DNA of 59,926 nt from Escherichia coli (GTDB taxonomy: Bacteria; Pseudomonadota; Gammaproteobacteria; Enterobacterales; Enterobacteriaceae), in assembly GCF_003334765.1 (NCBI RefSeq), contig NZ_QOWT01000024.1. One strand, given 5' to 3'. Of the stretch, positions 11,667-21,716 are shown in pieces. A model generated the notes under the pieces. That model made no database searches. It saw only the letters and a list, made by a program, of their open reading frames with translations, and had not been told where the DNA came from. The translations under genes were made by a program, and so were the position numbers. The first letter of the stretch is position 1. Each line of letters opens with the position of its first letter.

Positions 11667-13031
11667 TCAAATTACCGCCCATACGCACCAGGTAATTAAG
11701 AATCCGGTAAAACCGAGAATGGTCGTTAACACTGTCCAGGTTTTCAGACCGTCTGCTACCGATAACCCCAGATATTTGGTCACAATCCAGAACCCTGAGT
11801 CATTAATATGTGACGCACCAAGCCCACCAAAGCAGGCTGCCAGCGTCACCAATACGCACTGAATCGGATTCAATCCCATCACCGCTTCTGAGAGTAACCC
11901 GCCGGTTGTCAGTATTGCTACGGTTGCTGACCCCTGCGATGCACGCAGCGCCAGTGAAATAATAAATGCGGCTGGTAACAGAGGCAGGTCAATCATTTGT
12001 AGCATGTTGGCAAGGGCTTTGCCGACGCCCGATTCCACCAGCACTTTGCCAAATACCCCTCCAGCACCAGTAACCAAAATCACTACCGCCGCAGTAGGAA
12101 GCGCTGAGCCCATAATGTCGCTGGTGTGTTGTAAGCTCCAGCCGCGACGTAAAGCCAATAACCAGAATGCCAGCACCAGCGCAATCATTAGAGCTACCAT
12201 TGGTGAGCCGATCAGCTGTAGCGTACCAAGCAGGGGATGCGAAGGCGGCATCAGTGTTGCGGAAACCGTACCCGCCATGATAATCGCGATAGGAATAACA
12301 ATTAGCGAGGTGACCAGCGCGACGCCCGGTGGATTTATTTTATCGCTTAATTTTGTCGCGCCTTCCTCACTGGCCGGAGCCAGTTGCATCTGTTCCAGTA
12401 CTTCTACTGACATCGCATATTGGCGCTTATTGATTATTTTCGCTGCAAAGTAGCCAACAACCCCTACGGGAATAGAAATCGCAATACCGATGATGGTTAG
12501 CCAGCCGATGTCTGCGTGGAGTAACCCCGCTGCGGCGACAGGGCCTGGATGCGGCGGTACCGCCACGTGAACAGTGAGCATGATCCCAGCGACAGGCAGG
12601 CCAAATTTGAGTGGCGATATTTTGGCAACCTTGGCAAAACCGTAAATGATTGGCGCAAGAATAATAAAGCCGACATCAAAGAAGACGGGAATACCGAGGA
12701 AGAACGCTGCCAGAGTCAGCGCAGCGATAGTTCGTTTGTCACCTAACTTGCGACTGAAATAATTAGCCAGTGACTCTGCACCACCAGAGTGTTCGATCAT
12801 ACGCCCCAGCATAGCGCCCAGACCAATAATAATAGTGACGGAACCAAGCACACCGCCCATCCCGGCGATCATCACTTTACCCACTTCGCCCGCCGGTATA
12901 CCCGCCGCAAGTGCGACTAACAGGCTGACGAGGAGCAGAGCAACGAATGGTTGTACCTTTGCCTTGATGACCAGCAGCAACAGCATGATTACGCCAGTTA
13001 ACGCAATGCATAACAATGTAATTGTGGACAT
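11667..13031 (-). CDS. ygbN: GntP-family acid-sugar permease
   Basis: 454 aa polytopic membrane ORF typical of gluconate:H+ symporter family. Confidence 0.85.
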   Translation of the reverse strand: MSTITLLCIALTGVIMLLLLVIKAKVQPFVALLLVSLLVALAAGIPAGEVGKVMIAGMGGVLGSVTIIIGLGAMLGRMIEHSGGAESLANYFSRKLGDKRTIAALTLAAFFLGIPVFFDVGFIILAPIIYGFAKVAKISPLKFGLPVAGIMLTVHVAVPPHPGPVAAAGLLHADIGWLTIIGIAISIPVGVVGYFAAKIINKRQYAMSVEVLEQMQLAPASEEGATKLSDKINPPGVALVTSLIVIPIAIIMAGTVSATLMPPSHPLLGTLQLIGSPMVALMIALVLAFWLLALRRGWSLQHTSDIMGSALPTAAVVILVTGAGGVFGKVLVESGVGKALANMLQMIDLPLLPAAFIISLALRASQGSATVAILTTGGLLSEAVMGLNPIQCVLVTLAACFGGLGASHINDSGFWIVTKYLGLSVADGLKTWTVLTTILGFTGFLITWCVWAVI

Positions 13032-13119
13032 GGGAAACCCTGTCTGAAAGTTATAGTTAACCTACCCCATCCGTAGATGGGGGGATGTATGGGTACGTTG
13101 TAATTAGGGATTTAACGAA

Positions 13120-13896
13120 TTAGCGCCAGGCGTCAAACCAGCCAAGCCCTTCTTCGGTGAGGCCACGAGGTTTATATTCACAACCGATCCAGCCCTGATA
13201 TCCCACCTCATCGAACAGGCGGAACAGCCACGGATAGTTGATTTCTCCATCGTCCGGTTCATGTCGATCAGGTAGTCCGGCAATTTGTACGTGCGCATAT
13301 TTCCCGGCGTAGTCGCGGATTAAATGCGTCAGGTTGCCATCTACTTTTTGCGCATGAAAAGTATCTAGTTGAATAAACACGTTATCTCGCGCAACTTCTT
13401 CAACAATAGCCAGTGCCTGATACTGGCTGGAGAAGAGATAATGAGGCTTAACGCCGGGGCTGAGTGCTTCAACTAATATTCGCTTGCCGTGTGGCGCAAA
13501 GCGGTCGGCAGCGTAGCGGAGATTATCGATAAATACTGCCCGGTACCGTTCAGCATCTTCGCCAGCGGGCACGACGCCTGCCATCACATGGACTTGTTCA
13601 CAATTGAGCGCCAATGCATATTCCAGTGCCAGGTCGATGTCTGCGTGTGCTTCGTGCTCACGTCCGGGAAGGGCGGATAATCCCCATTCCCCCGCATTAA
13701 TATCTCCGGGAGCGGTATTGAACAGCGCCAGTGTCAGATGGTTTTGCTCCAGTTGCTTTTGGATTTGCAGGGTGGAGTAGTCATAGGGAAACAGAAATTC
13801 CACAGCATCGAACCCGGCTTTTCGCGCTGCGGCGAAGCGTTCAATAAAAGGCACTTCGGTGAACATCATGGATAAATTAGCTGCAAAACGAGGCAT
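13120..13896 (-). CDS. ygbM: Hydroxypyruvate isomerase-family TIM-barrel enzyme (2-oxo-tetronate isomerase)
   Basis: 258 aa ORF, xylose isomerase-like fold family; functional name from published DUF1537 pathway work, recalled not verified. Confidence 0.8.
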   Translation of the reverse strand: MPRFAANLSMMFTEVPFIERFAAARKAGFDAVEFLFPYDYSTLQIQKQLEQNHLTLALFNTAPGDINAGEWGLSALPGREHEAHADIDLALEYALALNCEQVHVMAGVVPAGEDAERYRAVFIDNLRYAADRFAPHGKRILVEALSPGVKPHYLFSSQYQALAIVEEVARDNVFIQLDTFHAQKVDGNLTHLIRDYAGKYAHVQIAGLPDRHEPDDGEINYPWLFRLFDEVGYQGWIGCEYKPRGLTEEGLGWFDAWR

Positions 13897-13900
13897 TGCA

Positions 13901-14539
13901 TTAACTCCTTAATTCCGCAATTTCACCTGCGGTCAGATAACGGATCGGGCGGTCACCGAGAATAAAAATCAGCTTTGCCGTTTCCTCCAGCTCTTCCATA
14001 TTGTTGGCGGCTTCTTGCAGGCTTTCACCGCAAACCACTGGGCCATGATTTGCCAGTAAAAAAGCCTGATTGTCTGCTGCCAGTTCCGCCAGATCCTGTG
14101 CGATGCGTTTATCGCCCGGTCGGTAATAAGGCACCAGCGGGACATTTCCCATCCGCATCACCACGTATGGTGTGAACGGACGAATAACGTTGCTGCTGTC
14201 CAGCCCTTGCAGGCAGGAAAGCGCCGTCGACCATGTGCTGTGCAAATGCACCACCGCTTTACAACGCGGATTGTTGCGATACAGCGCCAGATGAAAGAGC
14301 ACCTCTTTCGAGGGTTTGTCACCACTTAACCATTCGCCATCCGCGGCGACTTTGGAAAGCCGCTGCGGATCGAGATTGCCCAGGCATGAACCTGTCGGTG
14401 TCGCCAGTAAATTCCCGTCAGGTAAAAGCAGCGACAGATTGCCAGCCGAACCGGTTGCATAGCCGCGCTGAAAGAATGAACTGGCAATCCGCGTCATCTC
14501 CTCTCGCAAAGACTGCTCTACTTTTGCGAAATCGCTCAT
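13901..14539 (-). CDS. ygbL: Class II aldolase/adducin-family enzyme (3-oxo-tetronate 4-phosphate decarboxylase)
   Basis: 212 aa ORF; 4 bp overlap with ygbK. Confidence 0.8.
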   Translation of the reverse strand: MSDFAKVEQSLREEMTRIASSFFQRGYATGSAGNLSLLLPDGNLLATPTGSCLGNLDPQRLSKVAADGEWLSGDKPSKEVLFHLALYRNNPRCKAVVHLHSTWSTALSCLQGLDSSNVIRPFTPYVVMRMGNVPLVPYYRPGDKRIAQDLAELAADNQAFLLANHGPVVCGESLQEAANNMEELEETAKLIFILGDRPIRYLTAGEIAELRS

Positions 14540-15798
14540 GATAAAAACTCTCTTTGGGCTCGTGAAAAAAAGGCGTCATCACCGAAGTTGCCAGATTTAA
14601 GGGCGAGTGAGACAGGCTTATCCAGTGCGTTTACCCACGGCACGCCGGGGGAAATGGTTGGGCCAATATGAAACCCTTTTATTCCCAGGCTCTGTGTGAC
14701 TACGCCGGAGGTCTCACCGCCTGCGACAATAAAGCGTGTCACGCCTTCCGCTGCTAACCGCGCCGCTAGTTGAGAAAACAGTGTTTCTACTGCCTGACTG
14801 GCTTTTTGTGCACCGTATTGCTGTTGAATTGCTGCCAATGCGTCAGTGCTGGCGGTGGCAAAAACCAGTGGAGCAAGTACACTTTCCTGGCCCAGAACCC
14901 ACTCTGCCAGTTCGTGTGCATAAGCGGCCAGAGTTTCAATTGAGAGGCAGCGTGCCACATCAACTTCACGGGCTGGTGCAATTTGACGGTAATGTGCTAC
15001 CTGGCGGTTGGTCATTTGAGAGCATGAACCGGAGAGCACTACGCCGCGCCCAGCGAGCGGACGCCCTGCTTTGCGAGCCTGGTTACCGTTTTCTTGCGCC
15101 CACTGCCGGGCCAGGCCAATCGCCAGACCAGAACCGCCCGTTACCAGTGGGGCATCGCGCAAGGCTTCTCCCTGAATTTCCAGATGGTGTTCGGTCAGCG
15201 CATCAAGCACCGCGTAGCGGTAGCCCTCTTGCTGTAAGCGAGCCAGCTCTTGACGAACGGCATCCACACCTTGTTCGAAAACATGTGCCGAAACGACGCC
15301 GCAGCGCCCTGTGGATTGCGCTTCAACCAGACGGGGAAGATAGCTGTCGGTCATGGGATTTACCGGGTGATGGCGCATCCCGGATTCGGCCAGCAGTTGA
15401 TTCATTACGAACAAATACCCCTGATAAACCGTACGTCCGTTGACCGGCAGGGCCGGAGAGAAGACCGTAAACGGCGTGTCGAGAGCATCCATTAAGGCAT
15501 CGGTAACCGGGCCAATATTACCTTTCGCCGTACTGTCGAAAGTAGAGCAGTATTTGAAATAGATCTGTTTGCAACCTTGCTGTTGCAACCAGCTCAGAGC
15601 CGCCAGCGATTGCTGTGTGGCTTCAACCACTGGACAGGAGCGCGTTTTCAGGCTGATCACCAGTGCGTCGATTGCTTCCGGCATTTTACCTGTTGGAACA
15701 CCGTTAATTTGTACCGTTGGTAGACCGTTTTCCACCAGAAAACTGGCGATATCCGTCGCGCCGGTAAAATCATCGGCGATAACGCCAATCTTGATCAT
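14536..15798 (-). CDS. ygbK: DUF1537-family four-carbon acid-sugar kinase
   Basis: 420 aa ORF with N-terminal MIKIGVIADDFTGATD typical of the family; annotated length may differ from the ORF. Confidence 0.8.
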   Translation of the reverse strand: MIKIGVIADDFTGATDIASFLVENGLPTVQINGVPTGKMPEAIDALVISLKTRSCPVVEATQQSLAALSWLQQQGCKQIYFKYCSTFDSTAKGNIGPVTDALMDALDTPFTVFSPALPVNGRTVYQGYLFVMNQLLAESGMRHHPVNPMTDSYLPRLVEAQSTGRCGVVSAHVFEQGVDAVRQELARLQQEGYRYAVLDALTEHHLEIQGEALRDAPLVTGGSGLAIGLARQWAQENGNQARKAGRPLAGRGVVLSGSCSQMTNRQVAHYRQIAPAREVDVARCLSIETLAAYAHELAEWVLGQESVLAPLVFATASTDALAAIQQQYGAQKASQAVETLFSQLAARLAAEGVTRFIVAGGETSGVVTQSLGIKGFHIGPTISPGVPWVNALDKPVSLALKSGNFGDDAFFSRAQREFLS

Positions 15799-16703
15799 GA
15801 TTTCGCTCCCGGTAGAGTGATGCCAGAGAAAATCTTGATAACTGCGCTATCGTCTTCTTTCCCGTAACCCGCGTTACTGGCGCTGGTGAACATATTCAAT
15901 GCTGTTGAGGCCAATGGCAGCGGGAAGTGCAGGGCTTTGGCTGTATCGGCAACCAGACCAAGATCCTTAACAAAAATATCGACGGCTGAATGCGGGGTGT
16001 AATCGCCATCCACCACATGACGCATCCGGTTTTCGAACATCCAGGAATTTCCGGCGGCATTGGTCACGACGTCATACATCACATCCAGCGGGATCCCCGC
16101 ACGGGCTGCAAGTGCCATCGCTTCGGCTCCGGCAGCAATATGTACGCCCGCTAACAACTGGTGAATAATTTTTACGGTCGAACCTAGTCCCGGTTCTGCA
16201 CCTATGCGATAAACTTTTCCGGCAACGGCTTCCAGCACGGGTGCCAGTCGTTCAAAGGCAATATCGCTACCGGAGGCCATGATAGTCATTTCACCGTTAG
16301 CGGCTTTTACTGCACCACCAGAAACTGGCGCATCCAGCATTTCCAGATCGAATCCAGCCAGAGCGGTAGCAATTTCTTGCGCATCAGCACTAGCGATAGT
16401 GGAAGAAACCATTACTGCCGTACCGGGTTTCAGATGTTGTGCAACGCCTGTTTCACCAAACAGCACCTGTTTAACCTGGGCCGCATTGACCACCAGCACC
16501 AGCAGTGCGTCCAGTTTTTCGGCAAACGTCGCGGCGTTATCAGAAACCCCGCAAGCACCTGCCTCTTTCAACGTAGCGCAGGCATTGCTGTTCAGGTCTG
16601 CGCCCCAGGTAGAAAGACCTGCGCGGACACATGACAGTGCTGCTCCCATTCCCATTGACCCTAAGCCAACGATACCGACATGAAACTCAGATCCCGTTTT
16701 CAT
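15795..16703 (-). CDS. ygbJ: 3-hydroxyisobutyrate dehydrogenase-family NAD-dependent dehydrogenase (L-threonate dehydrogenase)
   Basis: 302 aa ORF with Rossmann motif GIVGLGSMG. Confidence 0.8.
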   Translation of the reverse strand: MKTGSEFHVGIVGLGSMGMGAALSCVRAGLSTWGADLNSNACATLKEAGACGVSDNAATFAEKLDALLVLVVNAAQVKQVLFGETGVAQHLKPGTAVMVSSTIASADAQEIATALAGFDLEMLDAPVSGGAVKAANGEMTIMASGSDIAFERLAPVLEAVAGKVYRIGAEPGLGSTVKIIHQLLAGVHIAAGAEAMALAARAGIPLDVMYDVVTNAAGNSWMFENRMRHVVDGDYTPHSAVDIFVKDLGLVADTAKALHFPLPLASTALNMFTSASNAGYGKEDDSAVIKIFSGITLPGAKS

Positions 16704-16898
16704 CTGCTCTCCTTGTTAATTTAAGTGATATTTTGTTTGATATTGTGAATATAAGCGCTGGAAGATAACGATATGGTGATCTGATTCACATAAATTAACA
16801 TTGTGTGTTATTTTATGTGAACTAAGCGTTAGTTGCGCCGCGCACGTTTCGCAGGCAAATAGCGTAGAATGTCAGCAGGACAAAGGAAGGAGCAAAAG

Positions 16899-17666
16899 TT
16901 GATACCCGTAGAGCGTCGCCAAATCATCCTTGAGATGGTAGCTGAAAAAGGCATTGTCAGTATTGCTGAACTAACGGACAGAATGAATGTGTCACATATG
17001 ACCATTCGTCGGGATTTACAAAAACTGGAGCAGCAGGGAGCCGTTGTGCTGGTGTCCGGAGGCGTCCAGTCTCCGGGACGCGTGGCGCATGAACCTTCTC
17101 ATCAGGTAAAAACTGCGCTGGCAATGACGCAAAAAGCGGCTATTGGCAAGCTGGCGGCAAGTCTTGTTCAGCCGGGAAGTTGTATCTATCTGGATGCGGG
17201 AACGACCACGTTAGCGATAGCACAGCATCTGATTCACATGGAGTCACTGACTGTGGTCACAAACGATTTCGTTATTGCGGACTACTTGCTCGACAACAGT
17301 AATTGCACAATTATTCACACTGGCGGTGCAGTGTGTCGGGAAAACCGTTCCTGTGTCGGGGAAGCCGCTGCGACCATGCTGCGCAGCCTGATGATTGATC
17401 AGGCTTTTATTTCTGCATCGTCATGGAGTGTGCGGGGGATTTCTACGCCAGCGGAAGATAAAGTCACGGTGAAACGGGCGATTGCCAGTGCCAGCCGCCA
17501 GCGAGTTTTGGTCTGTGATGCGACGAAATATGGTCAGGTGGCGACATGGCTGGCGTTACCATTAAGCGAGTTTGATCAGATTATTACAGACGACGGTTTG
17601 CCGGAGAGTGCCAGTCGCGCGCTGGTGAAGCAGGATCTCTCTTTGCTGGTAGCGAAAAATGAATAA
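16899..17666 (+). CDS. ygbI: DeoR-family transcriptional regulator
   Basis: N-terminal HTH and C-terminal sugar-phosphate-binding domain; ORF track starts at ATG 16869, but a TTG at 16899 preceded by AGGAGC is the likelier start; divergent from ygbJ. Confidence 0.75.
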   Translation: MIPVERRQIILEMVAEKGIVSIAELTDRMNVSHMTIRRDLQKLEQQGAVVLVSGGVQSPGRVAHEPSHQVKTALAMTQKAAIGKLAASLVQPGSCIYLDAGTTTLAIAQHLIHMESLTVVTNDFVIADYLLDNSNCTIIHTGGAVCRENRSCVGEAAATMLRSLMIDQAFISASSWSVRGISTPAEDKVTVKRAIASASRQRVLVCDATKYGQVATWLALPLSEFDQIITDDGLPESASRALVKQDLSLLVAKNE

Positions 17667-17716
17667 TGGCCTGCAATAACACCGGGTTACTCATGCTTCA
17701 CAGAAGAAGCATGAGA

Positions 17717-18373
17717 CTACTTTATTTTATAAAATGACAGCCGCCCGCTGTTCGGCGATCCGGTATCAATATAAATCTGGTTAGCGAACGTCTGAATGTT
17801 ATCAAACATCATATGTCCAAATATAAAATAATCAGCGCCGTTTATTTGTTGTAACTCGCCATTAAGCGATTTCTGCACACGATCAACAGGCCAGAGTAAT
17901 TCGCTCTCCGCTATTTCTTTACCAAAGAGATATTCACTCCCCGGATAATCTGCATGTGCGATGGCATATTTTATGTTGTCGTTAGTGATTTCAATAATAT
18001 GTGGAAGGTGATGGAATTTCAGCAACAGATCTATTGCCTCTTGTTGCTCTGAATCATTTAAATCGAAAAACCAGTCACCACCGCTGGCAAGCCACATATT
18101 GCCATCGCCAGTTTCGAATGCCTCAAGCGCCATCGCTTCGTGGTTGCCTTTAACCGACGTAAACCAGGGTTGGTTTAGCAGGCGCAGGACGTCAAGACTC
18201 TCCGGTCCACGATCAATATTATCGCCGACAGAAATAAGTAAGTCGATTTCGGGGAAAAAAGAGAGTTGATGTAAGCGGGATTGTAATAACTGATATTCAC
18301 CATGAATATCACCAACGACCCATATATGGCGATAGTGATGGGCATTGATTTTTTGATAGCGTGTAGATGGCAT
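17717..18373 (-). CDS. pphB: Serine/threonine protein phosphatase 2
   Basis: 218 aa ORF with calcineurin-like phosphoesterase motifs GDIHG and GDNIDRG. Confidence 0.9.
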   Translation of the reverse strand: MPSTRYQKINAHHYRHIWVVGDIHGEYQLLQSRLHQLSFFPEIDLLISVGDNIDRGPESLDVLRLLNQPWFTSVKGNHEAMALEAFETGDGNMWLASGGDWFFDLNDSEQQEAIDLLLKFHHLPHIIEITNDNIKYAIAHADYPGSEYLFGKEIAESELLWPVDRVQKSLNGELQQINGADYFIFGHMMFDNIQTFANQIYIDTGSPNSGRLSFYKIK

Positions 18374-18478
18374 GGTTTTACCCTGTAAAATAAGCTTTCC
18401 TATTATACAGGGTGTTTTTATTTTATTCGTCAGTTGTCGTTAATATTCCCGATAGCAAAAGACTATCGGGAATTGTTA

Positions 18479-21040
18479 TTACACCAGGCTCTTCAAGCGA
18501 TAAATCCACTCCAGCGCCTGACGCGGGGTGAGTGAATCCGGATCAAGATTTTCCAGAGCTTCGACCGCAGGCGAAGTTTCTTCTGGTACTGACAGCAAAG
18601 ACATTTGCGTACCATCCACTTGCGTAGCGGCGGCGTTCGGCGAAATGCTTTCCAGCTCACGCAGCTTTTGCCGTGCGCGCTTAATAACCTCTTTTGGCAC
18701 GCCTGCCAGAGCTGCAACCGCCAGGCCGTAGCTTTTGCTCGCCGCGCCATCCTGCACGCTGTGCATAAAGGCAATGGTGTCGCCGTGCTCCAGTGCATCG
18801 AGATGCACGTTAGCGACGCCTTCCATTTTCTCCGGTAACTGGGTCAGCTCGAAATAGTGGGTAGCAAATAACGTCAATGCCTTAATCTTATTCGCCAGAT
18901 TTTCCGCGCACGCCCACGCCAGCGACAGACCATCGTAGGTGGACGTTCCACGCCCGATCTCATCCATTAACACCAGACTGTATTCGGTGGCGTTATGTAA
19001 AATATTGGCGGTTTCAGTCATCTCCACCATAAAGGTTGAGCGCCCGGACGCCAGGTCATCTGCCGCGCCTACGCGGGTAAAGATGCGATCGATAGGTCCA
19101 ATCTCGACTTTTTGTGCCGGTACATAGCTGCCGATGTAGGCCATCAGCGCAATCAGTGCGGTCTGGCGCATATAGGTACTTTTACCGCCCATGTTCGGAC
19201 CGGTGATGATCAACATGCGGCGCTGCGGCGACAGATTCAGCGGGTTGGCGATAAATGGCTCATTCAGTACTTGTTCAACTACCGGATGGCGACCTTCGGT
19301 AATGCGAATGCCCGGTTTATCAATGAAGGTCGGGCAGGTGTAGTTCAGGGTATAGGCCCGTTCCGCCAGGTTAACCAGCACGTCGAGTTCCGCCAGCGCG
19401 CTCGCGCTCTGTTGCAACGCTTCCAGATGCGGCAACAGCAGGTCGAACAGCTCTTCATAAAGCTGTTTTTCCAGTGCCAGTGCTTTGCCTTTTGAGGTGA
19501 GAACTTTATCTTCGTACTCTTTTAGCTCTGGAATGATGTAGCGCTCGGCGTTTTTCAGCGTCTGGCGACGCATGTAGTTGATGGGTGCCAGATGGCTTTG
19601 CCCACGGCTGATTTGAATGTAGTAGCCGTGCACCGCATTAAAGCCAACTTTCAGCGTGTCCAGGCCGGTACGTTCACGCTCGCGGACTTCCAGACGCTCC
19701 AGATAATCGGTCGCGCCGTCAGCCAGCGCGCGCCACTCATCCAGCTCTTCGTTATAGCCCGATGCGATAACACCACCGTCGCGTACCAGCACCGGCGGTG
19801 TGTCGATGATTGCTCGCTCCAGCAGATCGCGCAGCTCGGCAAACTCGCCCATCTTCTCACGTAGCGCCTGTACCGGTGCACTATCGACAGTTTCTAACTG
19901 CGCACGCAGCTCCGGCAGTTGCTGGAAAGCGTGGCGCATACGGGCCAGATCGCGTGGGCGAGCAGTTCGTAAAGCCAGACGTGCCAGAATACGTTCCAGG
20001 TCGCCGACCTGACGCAGTACCGGCTGTAGCCCGGCGGTGAAATCCTGCAATGCGCCAATAGTTTGCTGGCGCTCAAGCAACACGCGGGTATCGCGCACTG
20101 GCATATGCAGCCAGCGTTTCAGCATACGGCTGCCCATCGGCGTGACGGTGCAGTCGAGCACAGAAGCCAGCGTATTTTCCGCACCACCCGCCAGGTTCTG
20201 GGTGATTTCCAGATTACGACGCGTCGCGGCATCCATAATGATGCTGTCCTGCTCACGTTCCATGGTGATGGAACGAATATGCGGCAGAGTCGTACGTTGG
20301 GTATCTTTCGCATACTGCAACAGACAACCGGCAGCACAAAGTCCGCGCGGCGCGTTCTCGACGCCAAAACCGACCAGATCGCGGGTCCCAAATTGCAGAT
20401 TCAACTGCTGGCGCGCGGTGTCGATTTCAAACTCCCACAGCGGGCGACGGCGCAGGCCGCGACGGCCTTCAATTAACGACATTTCAGCAAAATCTTCTGC
20501 ATACAGCAGTTCCGCAGGATTAGTGCGTTGCAGTTCTGCCGCCATCGTTTCGCGGTCAGCCGGTTCGCTCAGGCGAAAACGCCCGGAACTGATATCCAGC
20601 GTCGCGTAGCCGAAACCTTTGCTGTCCTGCCAGATAGCCGCCAGCAGGTTGTCCTGACGCTCCTGCAACAGGGCTTCATCGCTGATGGTGCCTGGCGTAA
20701 CGATACGCACAACTTTGCGCTCAACCGGACCTTTGCTGGTCGCCGGATCGCCAATTTGTTCGCAGATGGCAACGGACTCTCCCTGATTCACCAGTTTGGC
20801 GAGATAGTTTTCCACCGCATGGTAGGGAATCCCCGCCATCGGGATCGGCTCTCCCGCCGAAGCACCGCGTTTGGTCAGTGAAATATCCAGCAGTTGCGAC
20901 GCGCGTTTTGCGTCGTCATAAAACAGTTCATAAAAATCACCCATCCGGTAAAACAGCAGGATCTCGGGATGCTGGGCTTTCAGCCTGAGATACTGCTGCA
21001 TCATGGGCGTATGGGCGTCGAAATTTTCTATTGCACTCAT
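18479..21040 (-). CDS. mutS: DNA mismatch repair protein MutS
   Basis: 853 aa ORF, N-terminus [21 protein letters not shown], Walker [10 protein letters not shown]. Confidence 0.97.
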   Translation of the reverse strand: MSAIENFDAHTPMMQQYLRLKAQHPEILLFYRMGDFYELFYDDAKRASQLLDISLTKRGASAGEPIPMAGIPYHAVENYLAKLVNQGESVAICEQIGDPATSKGPVERKVVRIVTPGTISDEALLQERQDNLLAAIWQDSKGFGYATLDISSGRFRLSEPADRETMAAELQRTNPAELLYAEDFAEMSLIEGRRGLRRRPLWEFEIDTARQQLNLQFGTRDLVGFGVENAPRGLCAAGCLLQYAKDTQRTTLPHIRSITMEREQDSIIMDAATRRNLEITQNLAGGAENTLASVLDCTVTPMGSRMLKRWLHMPVRDTRVLLERQQTIGALQDFTAGLQPVLRQVGDLERILARLALRTARPRDLARMRHAFQQLPELRAQLETVDSAPVQALREKMGEFAELRDLLERAIIDTPPVLVRDGGVIASGYNEELDEWRALADGATDYLERLEVRERERTGLDTLKVGFNAVHGYYIQISRGQSHLAPINYMRRQTLKNAERYIIPELKEYEDKVLTSKGKALALEKQLYEELFDLLLPHLEALQQSASALAELDVLVNLAERAYTLNYTCPTFIDKPGIRITEGRHPVVEQVLNEPFIANPLNLSPQRRMLIITGPNMGGKSTYMRQTALIALMAYIGSYVPAQKVEIGPIDRIFTRVGAADDLASGRSTFMVEMTETANILHNATEYSLVLMDEIGRGTSTYDGLSLAWACAENLANKIKALTLFATHYFELTQLPEKMEGVANVHLDALEHGDTIAFMHSVQDGAASKSYGLAVAALAGVPKEVIKRARQKLRELESISPNAAATQVDGTQMSLLSVPEETSPAVEALENLDPDSLTPRQALEWIYRLKSLV

Positions 21041-21286
21041 GGGGTTATGTCCGGTTCCCTGATATTAAATGGGGTGTGATGGTTTTTATTTTCGTTGTAA
21101 TCACATAAGGCGCACATGATACCGGAGTTAATCATTTCAGGGGAAGAAGCGAACGGCGAGTTCTTGATGCTGGTTCCGGGAAAGATGCTGTTTTGCAGCT
21201 TTTGCGTGATGCTTATGAAGCAAGTACGCAAAATTGTATCGGTTGGCTAACCCTTCTTCTTTGGAGTCATAGTGCCCTTTAAGATT

Positions 21287-21309
21287 AAGATGTAATATAA
21301 ATACATCTT
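21287..21309. promoter_or_regulatory. NsrR-type operator upstream of ygbA
   Basis: AAGATGTAATATAAATACATCTT, inverted repeat AAGATGTA-N7-TACATCTT, 18 bp upstream of ygbA ATG and overlapping a likely -10. Confidence 0.75.
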
Positions 21310-21326
21310 AATGAGGTGGAGGCAGC

Positions 21327-21680
21327 ATGTCCGGCAAGCGTATCTCTCGTGAAAAACTGACGATTAAAAAAATGATCGATCTTTATCAAGCGAAATGCCC
21401 GCAGGCGTCAGCGGAGCCGGAGCATTACGAGGCGTTGTTTGTTTACGCGCAAAAGCGGCTGGATAAATGTGTGTTCGGCGAAGAGAAACCAGCCTGTAAG
21501 CAGTGTCCGGTGCACTGTTACCAGCCTGCAAAGCGTGAAGAGATGAAACAGATTATGCGTTGGGCCGGGCCGAGAATGCTGTGGCGTCATCCGATCTTAA
21601 CCGTGCGTCATCTCATCGATGACAAGCGTCCGGTGCCAGAACTGCCGGAAAAATATCGTCCGAAAAAACCTCATGAATAG
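21327..21680 (+). CDS. ygbA: Small Cys-rich protein of unknown function, nitric-oxide inducible
   Basis: 117 aa ORF; an NsrR-like operator sits immediately upstream. Confidence 0.85.
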   Translation: MSGKRISREKLTIKKMIDLYQAKCPQASAEPEHYEALFVYAQKRLDKCVFGEEKPACKQCPVHCYQPAKREEMKQIMRWAGPRMLWRHPILTVRHLIDDKRPVPELPEKYRPKKPHE

Positions 21681-21716
21681 TATGCCGGACAGGCAGATCT
21701 GTCCGGCAATTTGCAG

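Noticed and set aside
20037-20609. Several 60-190 aa ORFs inside mutS on both strands
   Set aside because: Alternative or antisense frames within a well-supported 853 aa mutS reading frame.
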